Shown: positions 1 through 11,614, counted from the first letter of the stretch. The stretch is 64,000 nucleotides of DNA from Scyliorhinus canicula (GCF_902713615.1 NC_052162.1:123962653-124026652), one strand, 5' to 3'. The notes: a model not told the origin generated them from the letters alone. Translations and numbers: made by a program.

Positions 1-82
1 GGTTCAGTTCTGGATGTGATTACCAACAGCAATAACAGCAGACATCACAACCCCTGTCATCACTTGTGAACTCGCTGGTGCC

Positions 83-1489
83 TCAGCAGATGGAATGACC
101 GAGTGAATCCCTTCCCACACACGAAACAGGTGACTGGCTCTCCCCGGTATGAACTCTCTGGTGTCTCCTCAGTGTGGATGACGTTTTAAACCTCTTTGTG
201 CAGTGAGAGCAGCTGAACGGTCTCTCCTCAGTGTGAATGCGCTGGTGGATCATCAGTACCTTCGAGCTTTTGAAATCCATCCCACAGTCAGAGCATTTAA
301 AGGGTCTCTCATTGGTGTGAGTGACATTGTGGCTCAGCAGGGTCGATAAGTCACCGAATCCTTTCCCACAGACGGTACAGGTGAATGGTCTCTCCCCAGT
401 GTGAACCCGCTGGTGTCTCCGCAATGTGGATGACATTTTAAACCTCTTTGCGCAGTGAGAGCAGCTGAACGGTCTCTCCTCAGTGTGAATGCGCTGATGG
501 GACAACAGATCCTCAGAACCTTTGAAGCCACTCCCACAGTCAGAGCATTTAAAGGGTCTCTCATTGGTGTGAGTGAATTTGTGTCTCAGCAGGGTCGATG
601 AATAACCGAATCCCTTCCCACAGTCGGTGCAGGTGAATGGTCTCTCCCCAGTGTGAACTCGCTGGTGTCTCCGCAGTGTGGATGACCTTCTAAACCTCTT
701 TGTGCAGTGAGAGCAGCTGAATGGTCTCTCCTCAGTGTGAATGTGCTGGTGAACCATTAGTACCTTAGAGCTTTTGAAATCCATCCCACAGTCAGAGCAT
801 TTAAAGGGTCTCTCATTGGTGTGAGTGACATTGTGTCTCACCAGGCTGGATGATTGAATGAATCCCTTCCCACACACAGAGCAGATGAAAGGCCTCTCCC
901 CCGTGTGAATTCGACAGTGTCTATGCAGGGCGGGTAAGTGTGCGAATCCCCTCCCACAGACAGAACACACGAATGGCCTCTCTCCGGTGTGAATTCGCTG
1001 GTGTGTCTGGAGGGTAGCTAAGTGAGTGAATCCATTCCCACACACAGAGCAGATGAATGGCCTCTCTCCGGTGTGAACCCGCTGGTGTGCCTGCAGGTTG
1101 GATGACTGAATGAAACTCTTCCCACATACAGAGCATCTGAATGGCTTCTCACCTGTGTGAATTCGCTTATGTGACAGCAGGTGGGCTAGCTGACCGAATT
1201 CCTTCCCACACTGAGAGCAGGGGAACGGCCTCTCCCCTGTGTGAAATCGCTGGTGTGTCTGCAGACTATGTAACTGAGTAAATCCTTTCCCACACTCAGT
1301 GCAGGTGAATGGTTTCTCCCCAGTGTGAACTCGCTGGTGTCGCCGCAGGCTGGACGAATCACTGAATCCCTTTCTGCACTTCAAGCAGCTGAATGGCCTC
1401 TTCCCAGCGTGACTGCGTAGATGAGTTTTCAACTGCGATGAGTACCTAAATCCCTTCCCACAGTCCCCACAAGTCCACCGTTTCTCCAT
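83..1489 (-). CDS. C2H2 (Kruppel-type) zinc-finger protein with 16 intact fingers and no KRAB/SCAN/BTB domain (ZNF-A)
   Basis: ORF 83..1519 has repeated CxxC-x12-HxxxH with TGERP/TNERP/TEERP linkers. The likely start is the Kozak ACCATGG at 1489 (MEKRW). A 17th finger is frameshifted near 140: another frame reads [23 protein letters not shown]. Confidence 0.9.
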   Translation of the reverse strand: MEKRWTCGDCGKGFRYSSQLKTHLRSHAGKRPFSCLKCRKGFSDSSSLRRHQRVHTGEKPFTCTECGKGFTQLHSLQTHQRFHTGERPFPCSQCGKEFGQLAHLLSHKRIHTGEKPFRCSVCGKSFIQSSNLQAHQRVHTGERPFICSVCGNGFTHLATLQTHQRIHTGERPFVCSVCGRGFAHLPALHRHCRIHTGERPFICSVCGKGFIQSSSLVRHNVTHTNERPFKCSDCGMDFKSSKVLMVHQHIHTEERPFSCSHCTKRFRRSSTLRRHQRVHTGERPFTCTDCGKGFGYSSTLLRHKFTHTNERPFKCSDCGSGFKGSEDLLSHQRIHTEERPFSCSHCAKRFKMSSTLRRHQRVHTGERPFTCTVCGKGFGDLSTLLSHNVTHTNERPFKCSDCGMDFKSSKVLMIHQRIHTEERPFSCSHCTKRFKTSSTLRRHQRVHTGESQSPVSCVGRDSLGHSIC

Positions 1490-1824
1490 GGTGCGGGTGC
1501 CCTTTTGTCTCCAGATCAATCAGCTGACGTCTTACACGTGTACGGTCTCTCCCCGCTGTGAATGGTGCAATGTTTTTTCAGGCTGTGTAACTGGTTAGAG
1601 CTCTTTTCACAGTCAGTGGAACACTCTCACTCGGGTGTGTGTGTATCTCGGTGCTTTTCCAGTCACACTGATGGTTGAAGCCTTCTGAAGCAGACAGAAC
1701 ACTTGTCCTTCTAGGTTAAAAAAAACAAGAATATTCTGCACCCTAGTGCCTGAGTAACGCAGTCAGATTTGGATGTGAATTTGGGTTTGAGATTTCTGTC
1801 TGTAAATCCTCGCCTTCTGATATC

Positions 1825-2215
1825 CTGTAAAAGGATATTACAAAAAGACATCACTGTCAGCACAGGTTGGAAATTAAGAACAGACAATTCAAGTTTGTAT
1901 TCAACAACTGTTACTCTCTTTTCCCAAAAGCTCTAAATCTCCATCCCACACACTCTCCCTCCATTCTCACTCTGCTGTATCTAATATTCACCCTCCCAGT
2001 TCTCCTGAGGGTGCTGATTCAGGCTGATTGACAGATCCATGCTCACTGCTTCTGGTCCGCAACACAGAGACCTGAAAATCTTCATGCAGGCTGCCAGACA
2101 GACGTATGTCTATATTACTGGACTAAAAATGTGTGTAATATACAGGCAGGATTGCTGCAAGTCACCAATGACCCTCCAGAATGAGAAAAGTAATAGAAAG
2201 GGGAAAACATTGATT
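1825..2215 (-). other. Intron-like segment upstream of ZNF-A (acceptor ccttttacAG at 1826-1825)
   Basis: Its reverse complement aligns with both ends of the ZNF-B intron (3090-3145 and 3725-4037). Confidence 0.6.
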
Positions 2216-2227
2216 TCCTCCCAGAAG

Positions 2228-2567
2228 GGGTGGCACGGTAGCACAGTGGTTAGCACTGTTGCTTCCCAGCGGCAGGATCCCTGGTTTGATTCCGGGCTTG
2301 GCGAGTCTCTGTGGAATTTGCACATTGTTCCAGTGTTGCATGGGCTTTCTCCGGGTGCTCTGGTTTCCTCCCACAGTCTAAAGATATGCAGGTTAAGTGG
2401 ACTGGCCATTCTAAATTGCCCTTGATGTCCAAAAATATTTGGTGGGATTACTGGGTTACGGGGATAGGGTGGAGGTGTGGGCTGAAGTGGAGTGCTCCTT
2501 CCAAGGGCCGGTGCAGACTCGATGGGCTGAATGGCCCCCTTCTGCACTGTAAATTCTCGGATTCGAT
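2228..2567 (+). mobile_element. tRNA-derived SINE (HE1/V-SINE-like) with CR1-type 3' tail
   Basis: A/B-box-like head GGTAGCACAGTGGTTAGCACTG...GGTTTGATTCC, body TTTGCACATT...GGTTTCCTCCCACAGTC, tail GATGGGCTGAATGGCC. Confidence 0.85.
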
Positions 2568-2599
2568 GTTGTACAGAGGAGAAAGTTTCAATCTAGAGC

Positions 2600-2860
2600 T
2601 AATTGGGTAACGTCACTATGGAGCCCTGCCTGATTCAGCCAATAGCAATCACTCTACTCCGCGGTGACGTCTCCGAGTTCTCGTCCCCGGCACCCATCCG
2701 CTCACCCCCACCCGATTCCCCCCGCACCTCCTCTAGACAAGGTTTCCAGGCAACCGGCTGACGGTTCCGGCCAGAGCGAGAAGCCGCTCAGTCTCTCTCC
2801 CTCCTCGGCCCGGAATTGCGCATGTCCAAGGAGAGGAAAGCTGCGCATGTGCAGGGGAGC
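2600..2860. promoter_or_regulatory. Putative bidirectional CpG-rich promoter between ZNF-A and ZNF-B
   Basis: CCAAT box (AGCCAATAG ~2637), CRE-like GTGACGTC (2664) and two NRF1-like TGCGCATGT (2817, 2842). The set is conserved in the inverted copy at 29560-29810. Confidence 0.6.
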
Positions 2861-3071
2861 TCACGCCCCGTTGACCTTACTGCTGAGGTGTTGCCCAATG
2901 AGAAGATTGGAGGACCGGAAGGACTCTGCTCCTCCGCCAATCAGAGCTCCCCCATTGTCTCAATGCAGAAGCTGGACATGGAGGTTTGTGCCGAGCAAAG
3001 CTGTTGTTCCCTCAACCCTGAGTGAGCTTGAGCTGCACACAGACTGAACCTTCCTCCCGTCTCCAACATCT

Positions 3072-4037
3072 GTGAGTAAAACACTTTCTTTTCTCCCTTT
3101 TTCCATTCATTGTCTCATTCTGACCTTCAATTGGTGACTTGCAGCAACTGAAGGGAAAATAAGTGAATCCAGGGAGGGTGCAGACTCTGGAAAGGTTAGC
3201 CCAGGTCTCTCTCTCTCCCTTAAAGATATTAACATCCTTTGCTCGGTCAGAGATATGTCTAGTGTTGTTATATGGTATGTATTATAGATATTATTGATGG
3301 TTCTGTAACAAAATACATGTATTATAATTTCTAGTTTTGTAATATAGTACTGTACCTACATTACATATTTCCCCTCATTGCAACACTGACAGATTCCATT
3401 TGGGAACTCAAGTCAATGCTGACTGTCTGTACAGTCAGTCCTATTCCCCCTCTATATCCCTGTTCCCCTGAAAGTCTATTTTCTTCAATTTCATTTTCAA
3501 TTATTGGTCATCTTGACTTCCACTACCCATGTGGGCAGCGAGTACCCGCTGATGACCACTCCATGACTGAATAAAATTCTCCCACAGAATCTCCCCATGC
3601 CTAATCAGTAAATGTACTTAGATGGAGAGACTTTACCCTTGTACAGGTTGTAGAGAGTTTAGATTTGTTGATCAGCATCAATCAGTAACTTCATGAGAAT
3701 TGGGAGGGAAAGGAAGTGAATACAGTCTGTATATTACATACATTTTTGTCCAGTAATATAAACATATGTCTGGCAGTCTGCATGAAGATTTTCAGGTTTC
3801 CGTGTCCAGGACAGGAAGCAGTGAGCATGGATCTGTCAATCAGCCTGAATAAGCACCGTCAGGAGATTTAGGATGGTGAATATTAGATACAGCAGAGTGA
3901 GAATACAGGGAGAGTGTGTGGGATGGAGATTTAGAGTATTTGGGGGAAAGAGAGAGGAAAGAATGTTTGATAGAATTATCTGTTCTGAATTTCTATCCTG
4001 CACTGACAGTGATGACTTTTGTAAATTTCTTTTGCAG
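3072..4037 (+). other. 5'UTR intron of ZNF-B
   Basis: Donor GTGAGT at 3072 and acceptor ttcttttgcAG at 4037; both are conserved in ZNF-C. Confidence 0.7.
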
Positions 4038-4322
4038 GATGTTCGATCGGAAGGAGCTTGAGGCCGATATCTCAAACTAAACATCAAGTCAAGAACTGAC
4101 TGAGTCACTTAATTCTTAGGAAATGAATATCATCGGCCATTGAATCTGGAACAAAAAATGTTTGCTTATTTTGTATGCTGCAAGAGATTTTAAACATCAC
4201 TTCCAATCCACTGACCGTGGAAAGAACTTTAACCTGTTACACAGCCTGAAAAAATACTATGCTATTCACAGCAGGTGTACACATGTTCTGTGTATGGACA
4301 AGGCTTCAACTGATTGTCAAAC

Positions 4323-5192
4323 ATGGAGAGACAGAAGATCACCCAGACCATGGACAAACCATGGAAATGTGGGGACTGTGGAAAGGGATTCACAGCCCCG
4401 TACGAACTGGAAAGGCATCAATGCAGTCACACTGGAGTGAGGCCATTCCTCTGCTCTGAATGTGGGAAAGGATTCACTCGGTTAGCCCACCTGCAGACAC
4501 ACCAGCAAATTCATACTGGGGAAAGGCTATTTACCTGCACTGTGTGTGGGAAGGGATTCAGTCAGTTACCCAACCTGCTTAGCCACAATGTCACTCACAC
4601 CAATGAGAGACCCTTTAAATGCTCTGACTGTGGAAGTAGTTTCAAAAGCTCTCAGGTACTGATGATCCACCAGCGCATTCACACTGAGGAGAAGCCATTC
4701 AGCTGCTCTCACTGCATGAAGAGGTTTAGAACGTCATCCGACCTGATGAAACACCAGCGGGTTCACACCGGGGAGAGGCCATTCGCTTGCTCCGATTGTG
4801 GAAAAAGATTCGCTCGGTCATCCCACTTGCTGAAACACAACATCACTCACACCAACGAGAGACCCTTTAAATGCTCTGACTGTGGGAGTGGGTTTAAAAG
4901 CTCTCAGGTATTGATGGAACATCAGCGCATTCACACTGAGGAGAGACCGTTCAGCTGCTCTCACTGCACAAAGAGGTTTCAAACATCATCCACATTACGG
5001 AGACACCAGCGGGTTCACACCGGGGAGAGTCGATTCACTTGCACTGATTGTGGGAAGAGATTCCGTGATTCATCCGCCCTGTTGACACATCTTCGAGTCC
5101 ACACTGGAAAGAAGCCATTCACCTGCTCTCACTGCGGGAAGGGATTCACTCAGTCATCCAACATGCTGAGACACCAAAGGGTTCACAAGTGA
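4323..5192 (+). CDS. C2H2 zinc-finger protein with 10 fingers (ZNF-B)
   Basis: ORF 4314..5192; ATG at 4323 or Kozak ACCATGG at 4350 (MDKPWKCGDC); ends HQRVHK followed by TGATGA. Confidence 0.9.
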   Translation: MERQKITQTMDKPWKCGDCGKGFTAPYELERHQCSHTGVRPFLCSECGKGFTRLAHLQTHQQIHTGERLFTCTVCGKGFSQLPNLLSHNVTHTNERPFKCSDCGSSFKSSQVLMIHQRIHTEEKPFSCSHCMKRFRTSSDLMKHQRVHTGERPFACSDCGKRFARSSHLLKHNITHTNERPFKCSDCGSGFKSSQVLMEHQRIHTEERPFSCSHCTKRFQTSSTLRRHQRVHTGESRFTCTDCGKRFRDSSALLTHLRVHTGKKPFTCSHCGKGFTQSSNMLRHQRVHK

Positions 5193-5247
5193 TGACGGGT
5201 TAGATTCTGCTGTTATTCCTGCTGTTAATCACATCCAGGACTGAACC

Positions 5248-7240
5248 TGGAGTGGGTGGAGGGAATTGCTTCCTCGTCAACTCCTCCTGGTGCTCGGACA
5301 TGGCGACCCTGGCGAACTGCTCCCTGGACCTGGAATACCCGACTGTGAAGTACCGTTCATTCTACCTTCCACGGAGTTCACTTCTGCCATCATCAGAGCA
5401 GTCTACATCCCACCCCAGGCGGAAGTGAAGAAGACGCTTGATGAATTGTAACCGCTATAAATAACAATGAAGCAGAATACCCGGAGGCCTTGTTCATTGT
5501 GGCCGGGGACTTTAACCAGGCCAACCTCAAGAGTTTACTGCCAAAATTCCACCAACAGATCTCGTGTCCCAACAGGGGCCCCAACATCCTTGACCACTGC
5601 TACACAAATATCAAGGGTGCCTGATGATCCATCCCCAGACCACACTTTGGAAAATCGGACCACAAGATGGCGCTCCTTCTCCCGGCATATAAGCAGAAAC
5701 TTAAATAGAGAATCCAGTTAAGAAGGTTGTGCAATGCTGGTCTGAGGCTACAGAAGAGCTCCTACGCGACTGCTTGGAGTCAGTGAACTGGTCCATATTC
5801 AACAACTCAGCAGCCAACCTAAATGAGTTTGCCAGCACCATCACAGACTTCATCAGCAAGTGTGTAGAAGATTGTGTGTCAAAGAAGGTAGTATGTCCGT
5901 TACCCAACCAGAATCCATGGTTTAACCAGGAGATTCACTCTCTACTGAAGGCCACGTCTGAAGCGTTCAAGACAGGCAACCCTGACCTATACAGGAAATC
6001 TCGGTATAACTTTATCTTCAAACCCAACAGGGATGCCAAGAGACAATACCAGACTAAACTATAATCACAGTCTAATGACATGGACTCCTACATCAGACTC
6101 CTATTCACTGACTACAGCTCTGCCTTCAAAACCATAATCCCAGCCAAGCTCATGTCAAAGCTCCAAAACCTAGGACTTGGCTCCTCCCTCTGCAACTGGA
6201 TCATTGACTTCCTGACACATAGACTGCAATCAGTAAGGATAAACAACAACGTCTCCTCCATGATAGTCCTCAATTTCCGGAGCCCCACGAGGCTGCGTAC
6301 TTAGCCCCCTACTATATTCCCCATACACACATGACTGTGTAACAAAATGTGGCTCCACCTCCATCTATGAGTTTGCTGATGACATGACTGTAGTGGGTCG
6401 GATCTCAAACAACGACGAGTCAGAGTCCAGAAGGGCGATAAAGAACCTAGTAGCATGGTGTGACGACATCAATCTCTCCCTCAATGTCAACAAAACTAAG
6501 TAGCTTGTCATTTACTTCAGGAAACAAAATATCGTACACACCCCTGTCTGCATTAATGGTGCTGAGGTGGAGATGGTTGACAGCTTCAAATTCCTAGGTG
6601 TGATATCACCAACAAGCTGTCCTGGTCCACCAATGTCGACACTACGGCCAAGAAAGCACAACAGCACCTATAATTCCTCAGGAAACTAAGGAAATTCAGC
6701 ATGTCCACATTGACTCTTACCAATTTTTCTAGAAGGACCATTGCATCCTATCTGACTGCATCACATCCTGGTATGGCAACTGCTCGGCCCACGACCATTA
6801 GAAATTACAGAGTCGTGAACACAACCCAGTCCATCACATGAATCTGCCTCCCATCCATTGACTCTGTCTACACCTCCCACTGCCTTGGTAAAGCAGGCAG
6901 CATAATCAAAGACCCGTCCCACCCGGGTTATTCTCTCTTCTATCGGACAGGCAATACAAAAGTCTGAAAACACATACTAACAGATTCAAAAACAGCTTCT
7001 TCCTCGCTGTTACCAGACCCCTGAATGACCCTCTTATTGACTGAACTGATCTCTCCACGCCTCTTCTCCCCTGAGTAGCACAACACTCCGTATGCTTCAT
7101 CCGATGTCTACGTATTTAAATTGTGTATATATTGTATGTCCTATGTTTTTTCATGTATAGAATTATCTGTCTGGACTGCATACACATCAAGACTTTTCAC
7201 TGTACCTCGGAGCACGTGACAATAAATCATAATCAAATCA
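5248..7240 (+). mobile_element. 5'-truncated, decayed Rex1/Babar-like LINE in the ZNF-B 3'UTR
   Basis: Endonuclease motifs AVYIPPQA and AGDFNQAN; RT motifs DYSSAF(K)TI and FADD; AATAAA plus (aaatc)n tail; AACC on both sides (5244, 7241); internal deletion at ~6085. Confidence 0.85.
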
Positions 7241-7479
7241 AACCATGTTAATTCTGACAATTGGTTAAGTGGGAGGGTCGGAGGGTTTCTTTCTGCTGGA
7301 CCGGCCGGTCTCACGACTTTGCTTCCAGTGGGCTGATGCTCTTTGAGCCTGGGAGAGCACATTTCCACTGAAATGATCCACAGAGGCTGATGAAGGACAT
7401 TTATTTTATCCTGGTTAGTAAATAGTATTTTTCCCCCACGACAGGTAGATCTCAAATAAATACATTTGTCCCTGTTCCA

Positions 7480-7790
7480 TTGAGTCTACAGCACAGGGCC
7501 AGGCCAGTCGGCTCAATTGGTCTCTGTCAGTATTTATGCTCCACATGAGGCTCCACCCACCCCTCTTCATCTCCCCCCCCATCAGCATCTCCTTCTATCC
7601 CTTTCTCCCTCATGTATGTCTCCACTTTTCCCTTCAATGTATTCATGCTGTTCACCTTAACCACTCGCTGTGGGAGTGAGTTCCACATTCCCACCACTCG
7701 CTGGGTAAAGAGGTTACTCATCAAATCCCTGTTGGATTATTGAACCCCTTCATAATCTTAAAGATTTCCATGAGGTCACCCTTCAGTCTT
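7480..7790 (-). mobile_element. Decayed CR1 3' fragment
   Basis: FTQRVVGMWNSLP CR1 C-terminal motif. Confidence 0.7.
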
Positions 7791-8643
7791 CTCTTTTTTT
7801 TATTTGTTCATTACGGGATGTGGGCATTGCTGACTAGACCAGTATTTATTGCCCATCCCAAATGGATCTTGGGGAGGTGGTGTGAGCCGCAGCCTTGAGC
7901 ATGTGTGTTGTAGGTGCACCCACAGTGCTGTTAGACAGGGAGTTAGACAATAGGAGATATGAGGAGAATTAGGCTATTCAGCTCATTGAGTCTGCTCCGC
8001 CATTCGATCCTGGCTGATCTGTTCCTCATCCCTATTCTCCTGCCTTTTCCCTGATCCCTTTATTAATCGCGAACACCAGATTTGTGCATGAGGTGCTGTT
8101 ACCAACAGGGCTACAGACCAAGAGCTGGATGGTGGAATTAGACAGAATAATTCTTTCTAAGAACATAAGAACTCGGAGCAGGAGTAGGCAATTTAGTCTC
8201 TCGAGCATGTTCTACCGTTCAACACGATCATGACTGATCTCTTCATGGCCTCAACTCCACCATCCTGCCCGTTCTCCACAACCCTTCAACACATTACTGA
8301 TTAAAAATCTGTCTAACTCCTCCTTAAATTTACTCACTGTCCCAGCATTCTCTGCAGTCTGGAATAGCGAATTAAACAGATTCACGACCCTTTGGGAGAA
8401 GTAGTTTCTCCTCATCTCTGTTTGAAATTTGCTGCTCCTTATCCTGAGACTGTGACCTCGCGTTCTAGAATGTCCCACCAGAGGAAGCATCAGCTCCACG
8501 TCTACTTTATCCAAACCCTTTAGTATCTTGTATACCACAATTTGGTCTCCCCTCATTCTTCTAAACTCTAGAGAGTATCGGCCTAAACTGCTCAATCTCA
8601 CTTCATAAGACAAACTCTTCATCTCTGGCGTCAATCTAGTGAA

Positions 8644-9160
8644 TGGATGTGGTGGCATTGGAGGCAGTTCAGAGGTGGTTCACCAGATTGATTCCGCGGA
8701 TGAAAGGGGTGACGTATGAGGAGAGATTAAACAGTTTGGGCTTATACTCGCTGGAGGTTAGAAGGATGAGAGGGGATCTGATCCAGGTGTATAAAATACT
8801 AAAAGGGATTGATAAAGTAAACATAGACCAAATGTTCCCCCTTGTGGGGCAATCTAGAACGAGAGGTCACAGATATAGGTTGAGAGTCGGTAGATTTGGA
8901 ACTGAGATGAGGAGGAACTACTTCTCGCAGAGGATGGTGAATTTGTGGAACCCGCTGCCCCATAGTGCAGTGGGAACTGAATCAATAAATGGTTTCAAGA
9001 AGCAGATAGATATATTTCAGATTTTAAAAACAGGTTAAAGGGATATGGGGAACAGGTAGGGAAGTGGATTTGAGACCAGGAAGAGATCGGCCATGATATG
9101 ATTGAATGGCGGAGCAGGCTCGAGGGGCTGAATTGCTTACTCCTAATTTCTATGTTCCTA
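8644..9160 (+). mobile_element. CR1 3' fragment inserted antisense into the older CR1
   Basis: ORF 8643..9038 (LEAVQRWFTRLIP...FSQRMVNLWN) plus a CR1 tail. Confidence 0.85.
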
Positions 9161-9884
9161 GGAACATTCTCTGAGCTGTCTCCAATGCCACCACATCTTT
9201 ATTCAAATAAGGGTACCAAAACTGTCCACTGTCCTCAGGGTGCGGTCTCACCAATGCCTTGTATAGTTACAACACTTCTTTACCTTTATGCTCGGTGCCT
9301 TTAGCTATAAATGCCAACATTCCATTGGCTTTCTATACTACCTGCTGTACCTACATACTAGGTTTCTGTGACTGATGCACAAGGACACCCAGATCCCTCT
9401 GCACAGGAGCACCCCAAAGTCTCTCCATTTAGATAATAAGTTGTGTTTCCATTTTTCCGACCAAAATGGATGACCTCACACTTATCCACATTAAACGCCA
9501 TCTGCCACATTTTCACCCACTTACCTGACCTATCTATATCCATTTGTAAGGTTCTTATTTCCTCATTGTAACTTACTGTCCCACCTATTTTAGCGTAATT
9601 TGTAAATTTGGCTATAGAACCATCTATCCCTGTATCCAAGTCATTAATATAGATTGTAAATAGCTGGGGCCCAAGGACTGAACTCCGTGGCTCTCCAATA
9701 GTTACATCTTGCCATCCAGAAAAAGACACATTCATCCCGATTTTCTGTCTTCTGTCCGTCAGTCAATCTTCTATCCAAGCGAATAAATTACCCCGAATCC
9801 TGTGTGATCGAACCTTGTTCATTAACCTTCTTTACGGCACCTTATCAAATGTCATTCGGAAGTCCAGAGATACTACATCTACAG

Positions 9885-10425
9885 AAGAGAAAATGCTGGA
9901 AAATCTCAGCAGGTCTGGCAGCATCTGTATGGAGATATGCCAGGTGTACAGAGTTGCTCCTGTTGAGCTGGTGCACAATACCCTACCAGTTATTCTATTT
10001 TATTTGTTATTGTACTTTTTTTTATTATTTATTTTTTTCTTTTCTTTGGTATGTTTGGGTGTGCCCTTCTCTTCTATATACGTGTGTTTATATATATATA
10101 TGTTTCTTATCCTGTGTACATAACAGTAAATATACTTTGTTCAAAAACCCAATAAAAAACATTTATTTTAAAAAAAAGAAAAGAGCTAACGTTTCGAGTC
10201 CAATGACTCTTTGTCAAAGCTAACAGACAGAGAAAGTGGGAAATATTTATACTGTGGAGTGAGAATGAAAGATGAGTCATAGCCACAGGAATCCGGAGAA
10301 ACCGGGTGGTGGCCACAGAAACCAAGGGGAAAGAGTGCTAATGGCAGTCCCCAGAGAGAACAAAAGATGTGAAATGTCAAACAGCAGGGAAACTAACATT
10401 TCCAGTTTTTATCCAGTTTGTTACC
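9885..10425. mobile_element. Penelope-like element fragment, itself interrupted by an L1-type 3' tail (~9932-10180)
   Basis: 10-bp flanking duplication ACATCTACAG (9875, 10426); AAATGCTGGAAAATCTCAGCAGGTCTGGCAGCATCTG...AACGTTTCGAG resembles shark Penelope termini. Confidence 0.55.
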
Positions 10426-10565
10426 ACATCTACAGGATCCCCATTCTACACTTGGCTTCTTACATCTTCGGAGACCTCTACCAAATTAGTCAAACATGAA
10501 TTACCTTTTATAAAACTATGCCGACAGGGCTTCCTGTGTGCACCATGGAGTAAGTGGTCACACAC

Positions 10566-10768
10566 ATAGAACATAGAACAGTACAGCACAGAACAGGCCC
10601 TTCGGCCCTCGATGTTGTGCCGAGCAATGATCACCCTACTCAAACCCACGTATCCACCCTATACCCGTAACCCAGACTCCACACAGACAGTGACCCAGCC
10701 GGGAATCGAACCTGGGACCCTGGAGCTGTGAAGCATTTATGCTAACCACCATGCTACCGTGCTGCCCA
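10566..10768 (-). mobile_element. HE1-like SINE (internally deleted) in the L1 5'UTR
   Basis: tRNA-like head and (CATAGAA)n tail; nearly identical to 27342-27691. Confidence 0.85.
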
Positions 10769-11614
10769 CAAGGCAGCTCCTGCCCAAGGTTACAGAAAAG
10801 AGGTGTTTTTTAATCAATATGGGGTAGAGTTTTGATGAAAAGGTGTAGGTGAATGTTGGAGAAGTACTTTCCCCCAGGAATGGTATGTTTCTTGGTTACC
10901 AGACCCGCAGAAACAGTGAAAGATTTGGCTGAAGCTGCAGCAGAGACAAAGCCTCTTCCAGCATGCAGGCGGGGGAAGGGTGAACTTAAAGGCCTCAAGC
11001 TAACTTGAGGGCCTTTCTGAAAGCTGAATTCTAGCAGCAGAAGGAACAACTGTGACAAGATCTCACCAAGGCCATTGAAGGAGCTGTGACGGCTGACTTC
11101 CGGTGACGGCGGGCGGGAGGCAGCCGCGCGTTGGAGGGCTCCCATTCGGGAATGGCATTGTCTGGGATTGACGCCCGGTCCTAGGGGCAGCGAAGGCCGT
11201 GAAGGCCAGGAGAAAGCACAGGGAGGGGATATGTCGAGGTCCAGTAAGAAAGCAGCTGTGAAAACAGCTGAATATTCGTCGGGTTGTAGAAAGGTCACCA
11301 CGGGGTCACCAAGGAAAATGGAGGCTGGAGCATCAGGGGAGGCCACATTGCTTACGGCTGAAGAAATAACAAAGGTAATGGCAGTGTAATTCGAAAGGCA
11401 GTTTACAAAATACATGTAGACAATGAGGAAGGAGATGAGGGAGGTTTTGAGTGTGCTGGTGGAGGAGGCGATTTCCCCAGTGACGACGGTGGTGGGGAGT
11501 GCACTGGCGGAGGTGCGGGAGCAAGGGGAGGCGAAAGTTGCGGAGACATTATTGCACCATGGTGATCAACTTACGTCGATGGGGAAGGAGATGTGGAAGG
11601 TGATGGAGATTCAT

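Noticed and set aside
2228-2300. tRNA genes (here and at other A/B-box sites)
   Set aside because: The heads continue into SINE bodies and tails; no full cloverleaf is evident.
2664-3047. Coding first exon for ZNF-B (similar ORF at 29310-29597)
   Set aside because: The similarity reflects DNA duplication. Frames are not conserved end to end, starts are non-ATG or out of frame, and stops precede the finger ORF.
4311-4313. Selenocysteine at the conserved TGA
   Set aside because: No SECIS was identified, the upstream relic fingers contain frameshifts, and a CpG transition explains the codon.
10810-11415. 201-aa antisense ORF (ORF0-like) in the L1 5' region
   Set aside because: No recognisable motif; single copy; plausible by chance in GC-rich antisense sequence.
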